From assembly GCA_020891255.1 (NCBI GenBank), contig BQFW01000006.1, forward strand, positions 992,001 through 1,056,000: a stretch of 64,000 nucleotides of DNA, given 5' to 3'. Below, one piece after another: positions 58,319 through 64,000 of this stretch. Both the position numbers and the translations under genes were made by a program. The notes under the pieces are model-generated. The model worked only from the letters and a program-made list of their open reading frames with translations, was not told where the DNA came from and ran no database searches. Every line of letters starts with the position of its first letter. The first letter of the stretch is position 1. This DNA is from Entomortierella parvispora E1425. Lineage: Eukaryota; Fungi; Mortierellomycota.

Positions 58319-60778
58319 TGGGTATGAAGTATGGGTCGGTTAAGAGGGGGGGGGTGAAGAGAGTGTGAATGATAACAAGAAGGACAGATAGAAGGCGAAT
58401 AGATTACAAAGACAAATGCGAGAAGAACAATACTGAAGTCGAAGAGAGAGAGAGAGAAAAAAAAACTAAAAGAAAAATGATGTGAAAGGTAGGGAACTGA
58501 TGTGCTCTTTATATACGCGTTTTCCAAATGACCCCTGCCCCCCATCTGGCTCCGCGTCAGCACTTTTAGTCGTCCACTGTCCACTGTCCCCTTGTTTTTC
58601 TACACTCCGTGCTATTCTTGCGGAGAAAAGCGCGACGTTGGCAGTCACTTCTCCGAAGTCATGTCTCTCGGACACTGCGCTCTGAGTGCTTATCTGAGTC
58701 TGGGATTGAGCTGCGCTGTGAATATTGGTGCTCCTCACCTGCGGCCCACCTTATTTCCAATCCAACGCACTTGCGCAGACGTCGCCTGCTCTATTCCCCT
58801 GATACCACACCAAGTCCAGTCCTGGGAGATTGAACAAAAAGCGACCGTCCACGGTCCAACAGTGCACAAATCCCCTTGTGTCGCCATCGGAGCTATCAAT
58901 TGCTTAACCTTATCCACCCTTCTCCTGCCTCACACATTCAATTCCAATTGGCTCAATGGCTCGAAGATCGCCCAGGTCGTTCAGCAAAGCCCACCCTATT
59001 TTCTCTTTTGCTCCTTCTTTTTCTTCGGCATTAGTAACAAACACACCTCCTCGTCCCGATTTCAAAGCAAAAAAAAAAAAGAAACCAGACCAGTCTAACC
59101 ATCTTTCATGCTTCTTTGGCCATTTTCCACCTCTCAATTACCAGGTGCACAGAATTTTCGGGTCTCATCCTTCCGTTTACGCCAAGCTATCACCCCTACT
59201 CCTCTGTTGAATAGCTTACGTATTCTTCATAAAAGGAAAAGGGCTGAACAAAGTGACAGCAGAGTCTCTAATGATTGGATGCTTCTGCGATGTTGGACTC
59301 TACCCAGGAGGGGGCTGGATCAACCTTAAAGGTACCCCCTCATGATTCTCCTCGAACAAAACATCGCCCAGAGGCAGGTGAAGGATGCAATTGGCCATAA
59401 ATGATAGATGTGGTGCAGGTTTCCTCGCAACATCAAAGTATCTCCCCTGTTGCATGCGCTTCCCCCTGTTTTTGAGAGCTGCGTTCGATAGTTGATTTTA
59501 ATACTCTTACTCTCCCTAGATCCAGTTTCACTGGGCCGACATGCACTGCTCGCCTAGTGGTTACTCGCAGCCTGCTGACTCGAATGCCACCGTAAATTTC
59601 AATCAAAGTCGTTTGAAAGAAGGATGACATCCACGACCAACAGTGACAAAAAAAAAAAAAAAAAAAAAAAAGGGAAAATCACCAATTGTTCAAGCTACGC
59701 GAGACAAGCTCCTCTTCTATTTCCTGGGAGTGCTGCTGTATGATCACCTTGCGCAGTCTGACGAGGTCCCCGCATTGCTGTCAAAGTATTGAATGTATCT
59801 CTATAACACTGTCGAGATTGACACCTTGTTCTAACGGTTAAACCACTTTTCCGTTCATATATCGTCTACCTCCAACATGAAAGAGTCGATGGGGGTTAAG
59901 TATACTATGGGAGCAGGGTTTAGATGGTCGAACAGACAAAGCGTCTTCTCCGCTTAAGCTGTTTGTCCGGCATCATCATTGGACTGGGAGGGCTAATGAA
60001 TGAGAGCCGAGTCCCTTCTGCTGTATGGATATCGGAGTCGATATCAGAATGGATTGTGCAGATGATCTGCTGCATCTGGCCATTGTCTTTCTTTGTCTTA
60101 GTTTTTAGATCCCCCAGAGTCCTCTGTGGGCCTAGATCAATGGGGATAGTCCTCTAAAACACATAGACGAATGTCTTCATTGCTGGTTAAAGGTTGACAT
60201 GAGCTTTACGCCCCCTGTGAATATCTTTATCAGGAAGGACGTGCGTGTAGATGTGTAGCGAAAGCGGCCAGAAAGTGAAGGGAAGGGCAGGAGCAGAGAA
60301 ACAGATTAGGCTCGATCCTTGCCCCTCGCAAAAAAAATTTGAATAAAATAATTGCAATATTTGTTTATTAGTCGGGAAAAATTACCGACCCTTTGCAAGT
60401 TGATGGAAGGCAAGGTCGCCCACCAACTCGGCTCTCGCAATGGAATCAAACCCTCTCCTTGACACCTGCGTTGCAAGGTGGAAGTGAGAAAGAAGCAATC
60501 ATGACCAGGCAAGATCTCTGGGTCACGTTTTTTCTGTGGCTTGGTCATGTTCCTGAGAGCCGTCTTTTTTAGGCTGCGGCGAAGTGCAACGGTTTCTTTT
60601 CTTTTGCTTTCCTTCTCCTCACCTCATCACTTGCCGTTGTCCGCCAGGTCTATCCAGTTGACCGATCGTATACTCGCCGCTACAAGGACAAGCCATCAAA
60701 GGAAAAAAGAAAAGAGCCCAGCTGGAAGGGGAGAAGACAGGACACATTAGCTTTGGACAAACACATAACGACAACAGC

Positions 60779-62015
60779 ATGGACTATATCCGCCACCAGT
60801 GGCCGTTGCTGGCCGTAGTCTTTTTCTCCATGGTTGACACCAGCGAGGTTCTCATCTTTTTAAGGCGTGCAGCGATCAACATTAAAGGTACCTCTTTTTT
60901 TCATTCCAGCCGAGGATTGTTGTCTGTGGAGCAAGGGGGTTGACCATCTGACTCTGACATTTCTTTTAGGAGGGAAAACAGCAGATATTGCCACAGCTTC
61001 TATAGTACCTATTCTCCTTTTCCAAGGAGTCTACCTTGCCATTCGATTTCAACGTGTCTCGGCTGTGATGAACCGGTCCATGCAGGCGACTCGATGGGCG
61101 TTCAGATTGTTTTGTCTGGAATATGGTCTCAAAATGGTCTCTTCCTTATGTTTAATGACGCTGATGGCGACAGACCCGGATTCTTTCAAGGATATCATGG
61201 AGGGCCAACAACAAGGCGCTGTTGACTTGTCCGAGATTTCGCTCCTTCGCCGTATCATGTTTTTTTCGCCCATCTTGGTTGGATGGGGTTTGAAAAGGAC
61301 CTTGGATGAGTTGCAAGAGGAAGAGAGGGCGGTTCTCCAACAACTACAGCCTCAAGAGCAGCGGCGGCAAGAGGATATTACGTTCAGAACTGAAGAGGAA
61401 AGGCAGCAATTGCTCAGAGTGCGATCATGGCCCAGGATCGTTGTAGGAGTTCTGGGTGCCACGGTCTTTTTTGAGTGTCTTCAGTGGCTTGCTACATTCC
61501 CATCCGATTCCTCAAGTAAGTTGATTTTCTATCTCTTATCCTTGACCATCCTTTCTTGGAGGTTCTTAGAGCCATGGAGTGTCATGAGCGTGGATGCGCC
61601 TGCCAGTTTGCTAATACTTTTTAATTGTTTATTTATTTAAGAATGGGCCATTTTTTTTACAGTGTATGTGACTTTTACGGCCTCATTTGCTATTTTGGCC
61701 ATTTATCGCAAGTCTCTTTCGGGAGCTAGAGTCCTTTGGAGACTCAATGCCGCAGAGGCGGCCATAGATGTTCTGGACTCTGCCTGGCATGCCCTTTTCA
61801 AACCAGAAGAGGCTCCCACATTGATTGACTTTATCGCAATTACTCTGATCAACCAGGGCGTTCTTTGGGTTGTGAAGCAGGTTATTCAGGACTTGGAGGA
61901 GAAAGACGCTCGAGTGGCTGCATACAATGCACAGATTACGGCTGCGATAGCAGAGAAGGCTAGATTAGACGCAGCCCATGAAGAGCAGAGCAGAGGTGGT
62001 CCAGTGACGCTATAA
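60779..62015 (+). CDS. Hypothetical multi-pass membrane protein; 3 exons (60779-60888, 60971-61515, 61663-62015)
   Basis: MDYIRHQWPLLAVV... is spliced via GTACCT..TTTAG and GTAAGT..TACAG, giving one frame through ORFs 60867..61640 and 61662..62015. Confidence 0.65.
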
Positions 62016-62129
62016 CAAATGGTGCTCTTGTCAGACAGAGCCACTCCTACCAATGTTCTGCAATAAAGATATAGATACCCTGTTTTCCTAAAACATTTTT
62101 TTTTTTACTCTGCTTTCATTGTGGATGCT

Positions 62130-64000
62130 CTATCTGCCGCGTCCATGGTCCATTCCACGACGGTCATCCACCCGATCTTCCGAGTAACGCGATGTGATAT
62201 CTCTAAACATCTTTTTGCACTCTACTCTGGCTCCCAGTTTTGAACAAAGCAAGAATGCGCCAGCCAATTTCCTGTGCATGGAATAAGTCTCGTCTGGTGG
62301 GGGTGTCAATCTGTGCTTGAGCATCGTTGGGATCTGATCCTTGACTCTTTGGGTAATAGTCTGGTACCGGAAGTCGTACACATCCGGCGCTGATGGGTGG
62401 AATGGCTCTGCCAGGGTCAAGAGCGAATTGATATGGGCTGTCTCCATCACGGGCGTCTCCTCGCCCGTCAAGAATCCTAGCTCACGGGAGTATTGCAGAC
62501 ATGCCTCGCGGTCTCCAGAAGCGCCGGCCTGCAGCGTATGGAGGTAAAGGGTCGTGAATCTCTTGTCGAATCCTCGGGTTGCGCCAAAGTCCAACAGCTC
62601 CAACTTGTTTGTTTCGGCATTATACAAAAAGTTGCTCCAGTTGGGGTCTGTTTGCATGTACTGAAACTCGAAAAGCTCCCGCAGACAGAGGGCCATAATG
62701 CTGGTACCGATTCTATCCCTAGCTTCCTGATCGCGCAATGCCATGGCATGTTGCATCGTCTCGCCTGTCATCCATTCCATTGTGAGCACCATAGGTCCGC
62801 AAGCCTCGGGGACCAAACGCGGCACTTGGAAGTCCCGATCATTCTCCAGCAGTCGCCCAAACTCTGCAATGCACTCTGCCTCTCGGAGGTAGTCAGTTTC
62901 CCATCCAAGCTCACGCTGTGCGACTTTGATGGTGTTGTCAAGGTACATGCCTCGAGGAAGGAGACTGGACATGACAACTAGTGTCTTCAAGTTGGAGAGA
63001 TCAGAATCAATTGATGCAGCCACTCCTGGGTATTGGACTTTGACAGCCACCTCCATGCCTGTGGCGCGATGAACAGCGCGGTGAACTTGACCGATGGATG
63101 CTGCAGCAATGGGGGTCATGTTAAACTCGGAAAACTCAGACTCCCAGTTAGACCCCATTGTCTGGCTCATGACGCTCTGTAGAAAATTAGCAGAAAAATA
63201 CACATTATTAGTACGAGAGCTTCGCGCGAAGATATCAAAAGTGGTTTGAATGACAATCTCTTACCCTCATCTGCTTCTCAGGCATAAAGTTGGCACTGTT
63301 TTGAACCCTCAACAAGACCTCCTCCAACTCTGGTGGCAACATCTTGTTGTCTAGGTGGTCGCGTTGAATGTTTATAGGAGTTAGAACACAACATGGTAAT
63401 AGTATTATAATTCTCAAAGTGTAAGCATTTGCCTGCACATACCTTGGATACTCAACATCTGGCCCAACTTTAGGGCAGCTCCTCGCATCCTAGTAAGCTT
63501 ATTGACCAGACGATCCATGTTTGCTGGAGTCAAGAATGAAGGTGACTCGCTTGATGCTGTTCCTCGTCCAACGGACCGTCTGACCGTTTCCGAGATGGCT
63601 CCAATTCCCAAGGAGGCGGCCAATCCTATTGAACAACCCTTTGTTAGCACATGTTGTCTTCTCTTGGGAAACATGATCCGGTAAACGAGGTGATCATTAC
63701 CTCCGTAGTGCAGCAGTCGACTCACACGTGAAGTGGGCATTGCTGATTCAGTCAGGTTTTTTTTCGATATCTCAACAGGAGATCGATTCCCGACCTCCCG
63801 AACCTCCTGCTGGACGGGCTCAACGGCGCCAATATCAGGCTCCTGTTCTTCTGTTACGGATGTCAATGTCGAGGCATGCGGCGAAGGAGAGGAAGTTGGT
63901 GCTGCCGATCCTGCATCCTCTGAGGTGGATATATCGGCCTCAAATGCCTGTTGATCCGTAATAAGGTCCTGCTCATGGCTATGTTCCTCGGTATGCTGCA
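62130..64000 (-). CDS. COQ8: ABC1/UbiB atypical kinase Coq8 (ADCK3-like); 5' end lies off the right edge
   Basis: KxGQ motif RGAALKLGQMLSIQ, AAASIGQVHRA, VAVKVQYPGV, FEFQYMQTDPNWSNF, LLDFGA, and PPPDETYSMHRKLAGAFLLC. Confidence 0.96.

Noticed and set aside
58600-60750. Several short ORFs in the long MFS/membrane-protein intergenic region
   Set aside because: No consistent exon chain, codon bias or motif; treated as non-coding.
19076-64000. Apparent clustering of mitochondrial/CoQ genes (YFH1, COQ11, COQ8)
   Set aside because: They are spread over more than 40 kb with many unrelated genes between them, which is consistent with chance.
1-64000. CRISPR arrays, rRNA and tRNA genes
   Set aside because: No repeat-spacer structure or recognisable rRNA/tRNA sequence was seen by eye. 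tRNAscan-SE and Infernal were not run.

Overview
Gene-dense, intron-containing eukaryotic DNA from a fungus. It is most likely Mortierellaceae (inference from short GT-AG introns, single-exon F-box/LRR genes and the gene families present). About 25 genes were assembled by hand. Housekeeping genes: DNA polymerase X (Pol4/lambda-like, with BRCT), frataxin, urate oxidase, a Coq11-like SDR, Maf1, an alpha-arrestin, a formin, a DHA2-type MFS transporter and Coq8/ABC1 kinase (partial). Accessory genes: two F-box/LRR proteins, a divergent CE4 deacetylase, a secreted Cys-containing protein, and a type II membrane protein with six Cx3C units. Two observations stand out. (1) A SAP-domain TKL-like kinase (41289-43080) lacks the canonical VAIK lysine (VAIGE) and has a lysine in the glycine-rich loop (GSGGFKDCY), which is the WNK-type arrangement. 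(2) A six-copy tandem array (31727-38556) of intronless four-TM MARVEL-like genes with a C-x5-C loop and Q/Y/P-rich tails, in which copies are intact, tail-less or interrupted by in-frame TGA codons. No rRNA, tRNA, CRISPR array or convincing transposon was seen. Exon boundaries are manual reconstructions and no database searches were run.
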